Shown here: piece by piece, positions 1 to 9,973 of the stretch
Layout: each line of letters starts with the position of its first letter
How positions within the stretch are numbered: the first letter of the stretch is position 1
Assembly: GCA_964643995.1 (NCBI GenBank)
Contig: CAZXUJ010000001.1
Span: 337,492-401,491 of the forward strand
Direction: 5' to 3'
DNA from: an uncultured Candidatus Saccharibacteria bacterium
Lineage (GTDB): Bacteria; Patescibacteriota; WWE3; UBA101185; UBA10185
DNA length: 64,000 nt
The notes under the pieces: generated by a model
What the model was told of the DNA's origin: nothing
The model's input: only the letters and a program-made list of their open reading frames with translations
The model's database searches: none
Position numbers and translations under genes: made by a program

Positions 1-1
1 C

Positions 2-544
2 TCGAGAGCAAAAATAATAGGGAAAGAAACTTTCCCAGACTTTTTCTTATACGTAGACGAGTTTCAAAATTTTGCTACACCAGACTTTGCTACCATATTA
101 AGCGAAGCGAGAAAATACAAACTTAATCTCACCGTGGCACACCAGTTTATTGCGCAATTACCACAAGAAATAAAAGATGCGGTTTTTGGTAATGTTGGCA
201 GCATGGGAGTATTTAGGATAAGTCCAGAAGACGCTGAATTTGTATTGCCACAGTTTGAGCCGACTTTTTCAGTAAACGATATTATAAGGAACCCTGTGGG
301 CAACTGTTATTTAAAACTTTTGATCGACGGCTATCCAAGCCCACCATTCTCGTTGAAAGTAGATTGGGAGAAAATCACAAGTATGCCAAAGAGCAAAGAG
401 AGGGCGGCACAAATAGTGGGATTATCCAGAAATAAATATGGTGTGGCAAGAAGTGAGGTAGAAGCCTTCATAAATGAACGCTCCGGGCTGAACACACCAC
501 CCCCACCGCCAAAACCAGACCCCAAAAAACTAGTGCCCTTTTAA
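2..544 (+). CDS. VirD4/TraD-like type IV secretion coupling protein (T4SS DNA-binding domain), C-terminal fragment truncated by the window start
   Basis: Frame 2 is open from the window edge and reads ...FFLYVDEFQNFATPDFATILSEARKYKLNLTVAHQFIAQLPQ..., which resembles the conserved C-terminal region of TraD/TraG/VirD4 coupling ATPases. Ends with a proline-rich tail (PPPPPKPDPKK). No start codon lies inside the window. Confidence 0.5.
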   Translation, partial: SRAKIIGKETFPDFFLYVDEFQNFATPDFATILSEARKYKLNLTVAHQFIAQLPQEIKDAVFGNVGSMGVFRISPEDAEFVLPQFEPTFSVNDIIRNPVGNCYLKLLIDGYPSPPFSLKVDWEKITSMPKSKERAAQIVGLSRNKYGVARSEVEAFINERSGLNTPPPPPKPDPKKLVPF

Positions 545-612
545 ACTAGCTATATCTGCTTTGCAATTTATATTAAAATTAGACATAATCAAACTAAGTC
601 CGAAGGTATACG

Positions 613-1839
613 ATGTTAGGATTACCATTTAAAAAAGAGAAAAAACAAAAGAGAGCTTTCCTGACTGTAGATATAGGGTCACAAACCGTTAAGTGTCTGG
701 CATTCAAAAATACAATTGATGAAACCGACATACAACATCCAGTAAAGGTAGTGGGAATTGGAAAAGAGTGGCTAGAGCCATGGAGTGTAAGGAGTGGAAC
801 GATAATTGAAATGGATAATGTGGTCAAAGCCCTGGATGCAGCAATTTTTAAAGCTACAGAGGAAATAGAAGAGGCTATTGATGACGTGATATTCGGGGTT
901 AGTGGAGATGTGAGTACATGTATGGTCACAACAGCGAGAGTTCATAGAAAAAGGCCAGATAAAGAAATTACTACCAAAGAACTCGGGGAAATTGAGGCAA
1001 AGTTATTAAATACAGCGATAACAAACGCACAAAGTAGAATTTCAAAAAAAACTGGGGATATGGAAACAACCTTGGAACTCATCACCACAGCGATAGTATC
1101 CTCGAAACTCGATGGCACCGAACATACCTCCCTGGAAGGCGTAGTTGGAAGAACAATTGAAATAGCATTGTTTAATGTTTTTACACCAAAATATTATCTG
1201 AAAACACTGGAAGATCTAGCCTCAATGCTGAATCTTAATATCTTAGCTATAACATCAAACCTCTATGCTATAAGTGAAAGCCTTAAAAAAGGTAAAAAGA
1301 ATAATAAGCTAGATTGTGTAATTGTAGATCTTGGAAGCGACACAACTGACATCGCAGTGTCGTTTGGAGGCGGTATAGTAACATCAAACACCTTAAATAT
1401 GGGTGGGCGGCAATTCACAAGACATATTAGCAACAGAACAGGTTTAAACTTCGCCGAAGCAGAAAAGAGAAAATATGATTATACGTTCGGAAAACTTGAC
1501 GAGAAAAGTAGCGAAGAGCTAGAAGTTTATTTAGAAGAAGTGACAAGTATATGGTTAAGCGGCATGGAGTTGTTATTTAACAACTTCGAAGGTGTAAAGA
1601 CATTCTCATCGGATATATATCTGACAGGGGGTGGCAGTAAACTCCCACTTGTAGCAGATTTTTTGAGAGAGAAACCCTGGACTAAGTCCATACCATTCAA
1701 AGAGCCACCTACGTTTACTAAGTTAACTGCTAAAGATATAGCCCATGTTTTGGATGCGACTGGTGAAGCAGATAAGGAAGAATACATTATACCCTTGGCA
1801 TTATCTTCGATATACTTAGAACTGATGCCAACGAAATAA
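613..1839 (+). CDS. Actin-like ATPase, PilM (type IV pilus assembly) or FtsA-like
   Basis: N-terminal LTVDIGSQTVKCLAF and C-terminal YLTGGGSKLPLVADFL are typical of the PilM/FtsA actin fold. No ftsZ neighbour; the next gene encodes a membrane-anchored protein, which favours PilM. Confidence 0.55.
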   Translation: MLGLPFKKEKKQKRAFLTVDIGSQTVKCLAFKNTIDETDIQHPVKVVGIGKEWLEPWSVRSGTIIEMDNVVKALDAAIFKATEEIEEAIDDVIFGVSGDVSTCMVTTARVHRKRPDKEITTKELGEIEAKLLNTAITNAQSRISKKTGDMETTLELITTAIVSSKLDGTEHTSLEGVVGRTIEIALFNVFTPKYYLKTLEDLASMLNLNILAITSNLYAISESLKKGKKNNKLDCVIVDLGSDTTDIAVSFGGGIVTSNTLNMGGRQFTRHISNRTGLNFAEAEKRKYDYTFGKLDEKSSEELEVYLEEVTSIWLSGMELLFNNFEGVKTFSSDIYLTGGGSKLPLVADFLREKPWTKSIPFKEPPTFTKLTAKDIAHVLDATGEADKEEYIIPLALSSIYLELMPTK

Positions 1840-1841
1840 AT

Positions 1842-3383
1842 ATGACAAAGATCGAACTAGAAATACATGATGATATTCTTTCCGCATTAGAGAAAATCAA
1901 GAATGTTGACGACCATGGTATTGAACTTATAATCCCAGAGGGATCAGTACTATTCGATAATATCATCAATCTAAAACTACTTGAAAAAGAAGCGGAAAAA
2001 GTAGAAAAAACTCTCCACTTTTCAACAACAGACAAATATGGTCTTAACATCATCGCGGAACTTACTAGTGAGGATTCTCCTGAAGACCTCACGGCAAAGG
2101 AATTCGCCATGGATGAATCTCACCATGAAGAGTCACGATCAAGAAGAGAACCCAAATTTCACGGCCAAAATGCCTTTGCCTCAATAACAAACAGACTTAA
2201 AACACGCAAATCAAAACTCTTCAAACTCCTGCTCATAATGGCAATAATTTTAGGTTTAGGAACTTATGGCGCAGTATACGCACTACAAACTGTACCAAAG
2301 GCTAACGTTAAAGTAATAGTGAATTCACAACCCTTAACAAAAAGTGTGCAAATAAAAGTGATTAAAGATGGTAGTTCGAATGCAGACTCGAAAATTCTCA
2401 AAGGCCACCAGGTAGATACTGTAGTATCAATAACTGAAGTAACCCCTGCCACAGGTGAAAGACTTATTGGAGAAAACGCTGAAGGAAAAATTCGTATTTT
2501 CAACAAAACTATCACTGAAAAAGAGTTCAAAAAAGGACATCTTGTCAGAATAGAGGAAGATGATGAGGAGTTGGAGTATAAACTAAAGGAAACTGTTACT
2601 GTACCAGCAGGAACAGAAGATCCAGACACACACGTCTTCACACCGGGAATTGCCAATGCCAACGTAACAGCAACAGATATTGGCGAGGTATACAACATAG
2701 AGGATGGAAAAGATTTAGAAGTCGACGACGAGGACACTTCAGATTTTATTGCTGAGAGTGATAAAGATTTTTCGGGTGGTAAGAGTGAAAAAATTCTTGT
2801 AGTAACCGAAGCTGACAAAACTTTACTCATAAACAATGCATTGAAAAAAAGTCAGGAAAATATAGAAAGTAACCTGGAAGCTAAAAATTCTACAAGCAGA
2901 AAATATATCAAGGGATCATTTAGCTCAAAAGTAGTTAAAGAAGAGTTCAGTCATGAAATAGACGAAGAAGCAACTGAACTAGAATTAAAGCAAGAGTTAC
3001 TTATAACTGGTCTGGCATACTCGGAAAATGAACTAGATCAGTTACTTTCCAAATTGGTAGAGGGACTGATACCAGACGGGTATACCCTATCATCGCAAGA
3101 TAAGGAAATAAAAGTTGAAGTTTTGGGTAATACTGAAACGACAGTTGCTTCAACAGATGAAGCAGATATTCAGGTGACAATAAAAGCCTTTGTGATAACT
3201 ATTATTGAGCAAGATGATTTAACAGCACAAATGGTGGGAAAACCAATTGAAGAAGCACAAAAAATACTTGGCGGTATAAAGAATATCCAAACGTATGAGC
3301 TTAACGTGTCACCAAGCATACCGTTTTTACAGAAAATGCCGACAAATCCAGAAAACATTAATTTGACTATTGAAAAACAATGA
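1842..3383 (+). CDS. Hypothetical membrane-anchored acidic protein
   Basis: 513-aa ORF with a single hydrophobic segment (LFKLLLIMAIILGLGTYGAVYAL) around residue 130 and a long Asp/Glu/Thr-rich region after it. Start follows the previous stop by 2 nt. Confidence 0.45.
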   Translation: MTKIELEIHDDILSALEKIKNVDDHGIELIIPEGSVLFDNIINLKLLEKEAEKVEKTLHFSTTDKYGLNIIAELTSEDSPEDLTAKEFAMDESHHEESRSRREPKFHGQNAFASITNRLKTRKSKLFKLLLIMAIILGLGTYGAVYALQTVPKANVKVIVNSQPLTKSVQIKVIKDGSSNADSKILKGHQVDTVVSITEVTPATGERLIGENAEGKIRIFNKTITEKEFKKGHLVRIEEDDEELEYKLKETVTVPAGTEDPDTHVFTPGIANANVTATDIGEVYNIEDGKDLEVDDEDTSDFIAESDKDFSGGKSEKILVVTEADKTLLINNALKKSQENIESNLEAKNSTSRKYIKGSFSSKVVKEEFSHEIDEEATELELKQELLITGLAYSENELDQLLSKLVEGLIPDGYTLSSQDKEIKVEVLGNTETTVASTDEADIQVTIKAFVITIIEQDDLTAQMVGKPIEEAQKILGGIKNIQTYELNVSPSIPFLQKMPTNPENINLTIEKQ

Positions 3384-3799
3384 AGACTAAATCCATAGAA
3401 AATACTGTACTTGGGGTGGATTATGGTGGTAGTAATATCGGGTTGGCTTTAGGTAGAAATGGTTTTTCGATGCCATTACATGTGATCTCTGCAAAAAACG
3501 AATCATTAGCACTACAAGAAATAGGCAAAATAACTTACGAAAATAAAGTGGACAAAATAGTCATGGGGTTACCCCTAACTGCGGAAAATAAGGAAACAGA
3601 ACAATCACTGCTGGTAAGACAGTTCGCGAAAAAACTTAAGATTCAGCTTAAAAAACCTGTTGAATTTGTGAGTGAGTATCTGACATCCCAAACAGCTCTA
3701 GAAGGTTCAATAAGTATGGGCACCTCTCAAAAGGGACGAGGTAGTATAGATCACATTGCCGCCGCAATAATACTGAAAAACTATTACGACAAAAACTAA
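3380..3799 (+). CDS. ruvX: Holliday junction resolvase-like / pre-16S rRNA nuclease RuvX (YqgF)
   Basis: GVDYGGSNIGLALG at the N-terminus; size of about 139 aa; typical YqgF architecture. Confidence 0.8.
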   Translation: MKTKSIENTVLGVDYGGSNIGLALGRNGFSMPLHVISAKNESLALQEIGKITYENKVDKIVMGLPLTAENKETEQSLLVRQFAKKLKIQLKKPVEFVSEYLTSQTALEGSISMGTSQKGRGSIDHIAAAIILKNYYDKN

Positions 3800-3804
3800 A
3801 AAAA

Positions 3805-4101
3805 CTAGTTCTTTACTTCAGGAAGATCTATCTTGACTTCTTTAGATCCACATAGCAAGCACTCAAAGTTTTCACCTGGCAACAGGCAAGAAGGGCAGAT
3901 ATACATACCATCCTTGTGTATGAGCTCATTACTTTCGCAGGTATTGCAAAGAAACATGACATCATCTCTAGATATTTGACCACACTTTGGGCAAAGAAAA
4001 TTAGTATGCGTCTCCTCAGGAGTTTCCTCCAAATCAGTATCCTCGAAGCTTTGATCCTCGTTTAAATTATAATCCATATGAAGAATCGTAACACACTTCA
4101 A
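3805..4101 (-). CDS. Small zinc-ribbon protein
   Basis: 98 aa with acidic N-terminus and repeated CxxC pairs (CPKCG, CNTCE, CPSC, CLLCG). Confidence 0.45.
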   Translation of the reverse strand: MKCVTILHMDYNLNEDQSFEDTDLEETPEETHTNFLCPKCGQISRDDVMFLCNTCESNELIHKDGMYICPSCLLPGENFECLLCGSKEVKIDLPEVKN

Positions 4102-4131
4102 AGATCTTGTTCAACATGTTAATCTTATGCT

Positions 4132-4314
4132 ATGGAGATAATCCAATTTGTCATGTATGGGTACTTGGGAATAGGCTTTTTGTATGCACTATATATTCTG
4201 CTTTTTCAAGGGGACCGTTGGTATGCATTTCCAATAAACCTTGCTCTTGGACCGATTTTTCTGGTTTATAACTTCATGGTTTTATATAAAGAAAGAAAGC
4301 ATAGGGAAATTTAA
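4132..4314 (+). CDS. Small hydrophobic hypothetical protein
   Basis: 60-aa ORF with two hydrophobic stretches, immediately upstream of the HAD gene. Only the ORF and its hydrophobicity support it. Confidence 0.25.
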   Translation: MEIIQFVMYGYLGIGFLYALYILLFQGDRWYAFPINLALGPIFLVYNFMVLYKERKHREI

Positions 4315-4316
4315 AA

Positions 4317-5042
4317 ATGTATAAAAGAATCTTTGAAGGAAAAAATACAGCAATCTTTGACCTCGATGGTACAGTAATAGATTCTGAGTACGCTTGGTAC
4401 AAAGCTTTTGAGACTGTTTTGAAAACAGCAGCTCCTGACGCACTTATAGATGCAAAAAATATCATGTTAACTTCTGGAGTACCTATCATGGATAAATGGT
4501 TTTCTTTGATGTCATCCGGAATTGTAAGCGGTAGCAATAATGCAAAGACATTGACCGAAACAACTATAACAGAGTATCTGAAACTTCTCCAGCTAGGTGC
4601 AATACAAATTAGAGAAGGTTTCTGGGAACTCGCCGCGGAATTAAAACTACTAAAAGACTTCAGACTAGCACTCGTAACAAACACCTCAAGAAATGTAGTA
4701 GATCTAGTTTCTAAAAACCTATCCTTTGGAGCAACATTTGACTTAATCATATGTGGAGACGAAATCTCAAAACCAAAACCCAATCCTGAAATATATCTCA
4801 AAGCCCTAAAAGTACTCAATATCAGAGCGAAAGATGCTTTAGCCTTTGAGGATTCTGTAACCGGCGTTACCGCTGCTACAAAAGCTGGTATTGATACAGT
4901 GGTTATATGGGATGGACGTATTCACGAACAGGACTACCCTATGGAAGTGTTGGGATACGTAGCAGACTTCACCCCATTCCCCGGTAATCTTGATAAAACT
5001 ATAAAAGATATAATAAAGGACTACGCACAGAGCAAAAGTTAA
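4317..5042 (+). CDS. HAD-superfamily hydrolase (beta-phosphoglucomutase-like subfamily)
   Basis: FDLDGTVIDSE motif I, then a conserved T/S and K...D at appropriate spacing. Confidence 0.75.
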   Translation: MYKRIFEGKNTAIFDLDGTVIDSEYAWYKAFETVLKTAAPDALIDAKNIMLTSGVPIMDKWFSLMSSGIVSGSNNAKTLTETTITEYLKLLQLGAIQIREGFWELAAELKLLKDFRLALVTNTSRNVVDLVSKNLSFGATFDLIICGDEISKPKPNPEIYLKALKVLNIRAKDALAFEDSVTGVTAATKAGIDTVVIWDGRIHEQDYPMEVLGYVADFTPFPGNLDKTIKDIIKDYAQSKS

Positions 5043-5066
5043 ATCCTAAAATCACATAAGTGAAAT

Positions 5067-5312
5067 TTAGATGAACTGTATTTGTAATTCTTCAACTGTA
5101 CAAAATACAGGTCCTCTCCTGTTTTTGTTTACGAGCGCCCATAGAGCCTTTTTCTCCCCCTCTAGATCCATTTCAATGTGACCATTGTTGTGGTACATGA
5201 TAGAGTGAGTTTTAACTCCATGCTTTCTAGCGTGATATTTATGAAACACATTGTATATGGCACTCTTTAAATTGCCTTTAATGTGCATTTTCAAGCGTGT
5301 ATTGTTCTCCAT
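5067..5312 (-). CDS. Hypothetical small basic protein
   Basis: 81-aa ORF rich in His/Lys (HKYHARKHGVKTH). No family recognised. Confidence 0.3.
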   Translation of the reverse strand: MENNTRLKMHIKGNLKSAIYNVFHKYHARKHGVKTHSIMYHNNGHIEMDLEGEKKALWALVNKNRRGPVFCTVEELQIQFI

Positions 5313-5393
5313 CGCTCCTTTTAATTAAGTACTATTCAAATGATCCTTTTGTGGATCTGACAATTATACCAAGTCCAGGGTAAAATGCAAGTT

Positions 5394-5948
5394 TTAGTTT
5401 AATTTGAGGAAATTAGCCCTATAATACTTTAGTTGCTCAATAGATTCTTGAATATCCTCCAAAGCCCTATGTGTTTCTTTTTTCTTAAAATCAGGTATAT
5501 CAGGCCGCCAACGGCTACATAACTGCTTTAGGGTGGTCACATCTAAGTTTCGATAATGTAGAAAACTGTTTAACTTAGGCATATGTTTATAGATAAATGA
5601 TCGGTCTGTATGAACTGAATTACCACATAATGGTGAAACACCTTTGCTTACATGAGATTTAATAAACTGCAAAATAGTTTCTTCAGCTTCTTCTGTACTT
5701 ATCGTTGAATTTCTTACACTATCAATGAAACCTGATTCAAAAAAACTGTTAAGTACAGCATCTGTACAATCAATTTGTACTATAACATCATCGGGTTGAT
5801 GAATAATTATTTCTGGGGCTGTAGCTACTAGTTCTAGATCTTGAGTAGTGATTATGCAGGCTATCTGAATTATCTTCTGGATTGCAGGATCAAAGCCGGT
5901 CATTTCAAGATCAATCCAGACTAAATTTGTTGCGGGATTTGAATTCAT
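5394..5948 (-). CDS. orn: Oligoribonuclease (3'-5' exoribonuclease, DEDDh family)
   Basis: NLVWIDLEMTGFDP...SPLCGNSVHTDRSFIYKHMPKLNSFLHYRNLDVTTLKQL...THRALEDIQESIEQLKYYR aligns closely with bacterial Orn along its length. The second in-frame ATG is chosen as start. Confidence 0.85.
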   Translation of the reverse strand: MNSNPATNLVWIDLEMTGFDPAIQKIIQIACIITTQDLELVATAPEIIIHQPDDVIVQIDCTDAVLNSFFESGFIDSVRNSTISTEEAEETILQFIKSHVSKGVSPLCGNSVHTDRSFIYKHMPKLNSFLHYRNLDVTTLKQLCSRWRPDIPDFKKKETHRALEDIQESIEQLKYYRANFLKLN

Positions 5949-6009
5949 AAATCCTAAACATAATAACATAAACGAAATAGGGATTACTTGGTATAATCAG
6001 AAAAAATTT

Positions 6010-6357
6010 ATGGAAACAATAAAGCCTACAATTACATACGACGATTTTGCAAAGCTGGATATCAGGGTTGGTTTAGTCACAAATTGCGAAAATGTTCCAA
6101 AATCAGATAAATTACTGAGACTTGAAATAGATTTTGGAAAACTTGGTACAAGACAAATTCTTACGGGAATGTCCATGTGGTATAAACCAAAAGATTTCAT
6201 AAATAAGCAATTTTTGTTCATTGTCAATCTTGAACCTAGAAAAATGATGGGGCTTGAGTCACAGGGCATGCTACTATCCATCGGCACTGATCATGAACAA
6301 AAACCAATATTTATCCAACCTGCTGCTGAAACTACCAACGGTGAAGGGATCTCTTAA
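6010..6357 (+). CDS. tRNA-binding domain protein (CsaA/Trbp111/EMAP-like)
   Basis: DDFAKLDIRVGLV...LLRLEIDFGKLGTRQILTGMS...NLEPRKMMGLESQGMLLS matches the MetRS C-terminal-like tRNA-binding domain. Confidence 0.75.
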   Translation: METIKPTITYDDFAKLDIRVGLVTNCENVPKSDKLLRLEIDFGKLGTRQILTGMSMWYKPKDFINKQFLFIVNLEPRKMMGLESQGMLLSIGTDHEQKPIFIQPAAETTNGEGIS

Positions 6358-6364
6358 ATTTTAA

Positions 6365-7543
6365 ATGCGTGCAGAATACTCTCCAAAAAAATATTATATA
6401 AAAACTTTGGGTTGCCAAGCTAACGTTGCGGATTCAAACACCATTTGTGGAGTACTAGAGGCCCTTGGTTTTGAGGCAACAACACAAATTCAAGATAGTG
6501 ACCTTGCAATCGTAAATACTTGTTCAATAAGGCAAAAAAGCGAAGATAAAGTTTACGGGATGGGGAAAATATTCTTGGGCGAACATGCCCAAATCGAACC
6601 AGAAAATAAACCGTTCGTAGTCATGGCAGGGTGCATGGTGGGATCAGTGACAGGGGAACGTCAAAGATATCAATTCGAGGAACTAAAGAAAAAAACTCCA
6701 TGGGTTGATGAATATATTAACCCTTCACAAATAATGGAACTGCCAACGATACTACAAAAACACCATATATTAGACAATTGGGCAGTTAAAAAATTTGATC
6801 CGGAAAATATAGTTACGGTTCAAAATGATAAAAAAAACGCTTTTGTAAATATTTCCTATGGATGTGACAACTTCTGCACATTTTGCGTTGTACCTTATGC
6901 ACGAGGTAAAGAGATCTCAAGGAGTGAAGAGGCTATTTTGAAGGAGATAAATCATCTGGTTTCACGAGGTTTTACCAAGATCACACTCTGTGGACAAAAC
7001 GTAAACTCCTGGGGACTGAATATGAGGGACAAGTTCGAGATCAGAACTGGTAGCGACCAAAACTTACCATTCGCACAACTACTTAGAAAAGTTCATGACG
7101 TTGCGCAAATCGAAAAAATAAGCTTCTTGTCGTCTAATCCTTTTGATTTCACAAATGACCTAATTCAAACACTAAAACTACCAAAAATATCAAACTACCT
7201 TCATATGGCTATTCAGTCAGGGAGCAATGAAATATTAAAAAAAATGAACCGAAGACATACCATTAAGGAATTTAAGGATTTGGTAAAAAAGCTAAAAAAA
7301 GCTCGCCCCGATATTGAGTTCGGAACGGATGTCATTGTCGGATTTCCGACTGAAACCGAAGAACAATTTCTGGAAACGGTGAAACTTTTTCAAGATGTTA
7401 AATTTAATGTGGCGTTTATATCTATCTACTCACCAAGAAAAGGGACGCCAGCACAAAAGTTTTTTAAGGATGACGTCCCGTTCAAAGAGAAAAAAAGACG
7501 GCACGCAGTACTAACTAAAGTTTGGCAGGAATCCTTAAAATAG
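6365..7543 (+). CDS. miaB: tRNA methylthiotransferase, MiaB-like (radical SAM MTTase)
   Basis: N-terminal YIKTLGCQANVADS, radical-SAM CDNFCTFC cluster, and a TRAM-like C-terminus. Immediately upstream of miaA. Confidence 0.8.
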   Translation: MRAEYSPKKYYIKTLGCQANVADSNTICGVLEALGFEATTQIQDSDLAIVNTCSIRQKSEDKVYGMGKIFLGEHAQIEPENKPFVVMAGCMVGSVTGERQRYQFEELKKKTPWVDEYINPSQIMELPTILQKHHILDNWAVKKFDPENIVTVQNDKKNAFVNISYGCDNFCTFCVVPYARGKEISRSEEAILKEINHLVSRGFTKITLCGQNVNSWGLNMRDKFEIRTGSDQNLPFAQLLRKVHDVAQIEKISFLSSNPFDFTNDLIQTLKLPKISNYLHMAIQSGSNEILKKMNRRHTIKEFKDLVKKLKKARPDIEFGTDVIVGFPTETEEQFLETVKLFQDVKFNVAFISIYSPRKGTPAQKFFKDDVPFKEKKRRHAVLTKVWQESLK

Positions 7544-7551
7544 ACAAAACT

Positions 7552-8487
7552 ATGATCAACAAACTTGTTACAATAGTTGGACCCACCTCAAGTGGTAAAA
7601 CCTCGTTAGCACTAAAGCTATGTGAAATATATGGCGGATCTATAGTATCTGCTGACTCTCGCCAAGTTGTGAAAACAATGGATATTGGAACAGGAAAGAC
7701 ACCTTTGACAAGTGGTAAAAGGTACTCAAACATAGAAATTGTAAAAGATCATTGGAAGATAAACGGCAATAATATATACGGATATGATCTTGTTTCGCCA
7801 GATGAAAGTTTTTCAGCATGGCATTTCGCCAAATTTGCTAGAAACAAAATCAATGAGCTTCTGGAAAAAGACGTTACTCCCATTCTAGTAGGTGGTACAG
7901 GTTTTTACATTGACGCTACATTAGGTAAGGTAAAACTAAGCTCAAAATCTACATCACCTGAGTTACGGAAAAAATTGAACGATATGACGTCTACAGAATT
8001 GCTAGAGTACTTTACGCAATTAAAAATAGACAAAGAAATTGATATGCGTAATAGGGTACGTATACAAAGGGCAATAGAGAATCATTTAAACCTAGAAACC
8101 ACAGAAACATTTCCAGAACTGGAACCTGTTCAGTTACTAGAATTAGGACTTACTTCTGGTAGAGAGTACTTGTTCGAGAGGGTGGACAAATGGGTGGACA
8201 CAATGTGGGAAAACGGGCTCGTAGAAGAAACAAAAAAACTTTTGAAGATTTATGGGAAACAAAACTCAAAATTAACCGGAGTAGTTTATAAAACCGTGCT
8301 GGCATATCTAAATGGAGATTTGTCGGAAGAAGATGCTAAACAACGGACTAAATTTGACCTACATGCATATATACGAAGACAGCAAACATGGTTTAAAAAG
8401 AACGAAAATATAGTTTGGTACGATATTGCCGATACTACCTATCCAAACAAAGTAATTGACCATGTAAGTAATTTTCTAAAATGCTAA
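7552..8487 (+). CDS. miaA: tRNA dimethylallyltransferase
   Basis: P-loop VTIVGPTSSGKTSLAL and ...ADSRQVVKTMDIGTGK. Start placed at the ATG following the miaB stop. Confidence 0.8.
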   Translation: MINKLVTIVGPTSSGKTSLALKLCEIYGGSIVSADSRQVVKTMDIGTGKTPLTSGKRYSNIEIVKDHWKINGNNIYGYDLVSPDESFSAWHFAKFARNKINELLEKDVTPILVGGTGFYIDATLGKVKLSSKSTSPELRKKLNDMTSTELLEYFTQLKIDKEIDMRNRVRIQRAIENHLNLETTETFPELEPVQLLELGLTSGREYLFERVDKWVDTMWENGLVEETKKLLKIYGKQNSKLTGVVYKTVLAYLNGDLSEEDAKQRTKFDLHAYIRRQQTWFKKNENIVWYDIADTTYPNKVIDHVSNFLKC

Positions 8488-8497
8488 AATAGGAACA

Positions 8498-9499
8498 ATG
8501 GACAAAGAAATTGTTATAAGCATAAAAACTATACTCTTCACATTAATTTTGGGCATTAGTGTTTATCTCTTTATAGTTATGAAACCAGTTATACTGACCG
8601 TACTTATAGCAATGATAATTGTTATTGCAATGGAGCATCCGATAGGCATCATAATGACTCAAAAGTTTATGAATAAGCCCGTTTCCAGAGGCGTCGCCGT
8701 AATAATATCCTACTTCACATTAGCAATGTTAGTAATTCTGGCGTTAGTCATAGTGTTGCCACCAGTAGTTACACAAGCACAAAAACTAATGATAAGCTTA
8801 TCCGACTTTGTAAAAAGCATTCCTGGGTTTGAGCAAGCTAATATAGGCGTGAAGGATCTTTTTGGAGACCTATCAAAGGTGTCCGAAAATTTTTTCACAA
8901 CGACGTTTTCATTCTTTTCGGGCATAACAACTGTATTGAGTTTGTTAATAATTTCCATCTACATGTCGGTAGATTGGCCAAACATCAAAAAGAAAATATT
9001 TTCTTTTTTCAGAGGTAATCTCAAACAACAGGTTCAAGATACATTTGACGAGATAGAACTAAGTATTGGGCACTGGGTTAAAGGACAACTTTACCTAATG
9101 GTCATAGTAGGATTCATGAGCTTTGGAGGTCTAGTACTGTTTAGAGTCGAGTACGCACTGGCCTTAGGACTGATTTCAGGATTGTTGGAAATAGTACCCG
9201 TACTTGGACCATTAATAGCTGTTGTAATAGGCAGTATTGTAGGCTTTTCGGACTCTTTCACAAAGGGAGTACTTGTTGTGGGGCTTTTCACACTTATACA
9301 ACAAATTGAAAACAATTTCTTGGTTCCTAAGGTTATGCAAAGGGTATCGGGATTCAGCCCATTAGCGATACTTATAGCATTACTAATTGGAACGAGATTA
9401 CTAGGAACAATCGGGGCAATAATATCAGTACCTACGATGATGGTGGGCGTTGTGATTTTAAAACAAGTTCTCAAATATCAACCAAACAAAAGTGAATAA
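8498..9499 (+). CDS. AI-2E family transporter (UPF0118/PerM-like) membrane protein
   Basis: Polytopic membrane protein with about 8 hydrophobic helices. C-terminal region NNFLVPKVMQRVSGFSPLAILIALLIG is typical of AI-2E transporters. Confidence 0.6.
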   Translation: MDKEIVISIKTILFTLILGISVYLFIVMKPVILTVLIAMIIVIAMEHPIGIIMTQKFMNKPVSRGVAVIISYFTLAMLVILALVIVLPPVVTQAQKLMISLSDFVKSIPGFEQANIGVKDLFGDLSKVSENFFTTTFSFFSGITTVLSLLIISIYMSVDWPNIKKKIFSFFRGNLKQQVQDTFDEIELSIGHWVKGQLYLMVIVGFMSFGGLVLFRVEYALALGLISGLLEIVPVLGPLIAVVIGSIVGFSDSFTKGVLVVGLFTLIQQIENNFLVPKVMQRVSGFSPLAILIALLIGTRLLGTIGAIISVPTMMVGVVILKQVLKYQPNKSE

Positions 9500-9503
9500 A
9501 TCA

Positions 9504-9860
9504 TAAGCAGGAAGCGAATAAGCCAGATTCTGTTTCAAGGCCTTGCGACCTCTAACGACCATCTATCTATGCTCCATCTTCGTACCTCGCCGAGCAAGCT
9601 GTTAACGGTACTGTCGTGGATTGCTGCGGGTGGGATTGCCCGTTTCAACTTTCTCCATACATGAGTTTTGCATCAAACTTAGGAAAAAGCTCGTCTCTGT
9701 TGCTCTCAAAACATGTCCATTCATGCTTTGTTCCTTAAGCTTTCACCTTTGGACACCAGCAGTTTCCTGTCGGAGCTTACACTCCGTTCCCTGCTCTATG
9801 CAGTCTGGACTTTCCTCCTCTTTATATAAAAAAAAGGCGGCCGTACTGCTTCCTGCAGAG
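9504..9860 (-). ncRNA. rnpB: RNase P RNA (bacterial type A M1 RNA)
   Basis: The minus strand reads GGAGGAAAGUCCAGACUGCAUAGAGCAGGGAAC..., the P4 5' strand, and ...ACAGAAUCUGGCUUAUUCG, the P4 3' strand; both are universally conserved RNase P motifs. P1 pairing GCAGGAAG/CUUCCUGC closes the molecule. Length of about 357 nt and no long ORF is consistent. Ends are approximate. Confidence 0.75.
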
Positions 9861-9973
9861 GTATTCTACCACGCGGGCAACTATACGTGCTATAGGTTGA
9901 ATTTTTACGGTTTTGGAGGTAAAATACGCGCACTCTATCTTATTTACACAAGTCACAGTTTAAGGAGATCGAC

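Noticed and set aside
5067-5312. Assigning the 81-aa basic protein to a ribosomal protein family (L28/L31/L33/S21)
   Set aside because: Its sequence does not match any of their conserved motifs as I recall them. It is kept as hypothetical.
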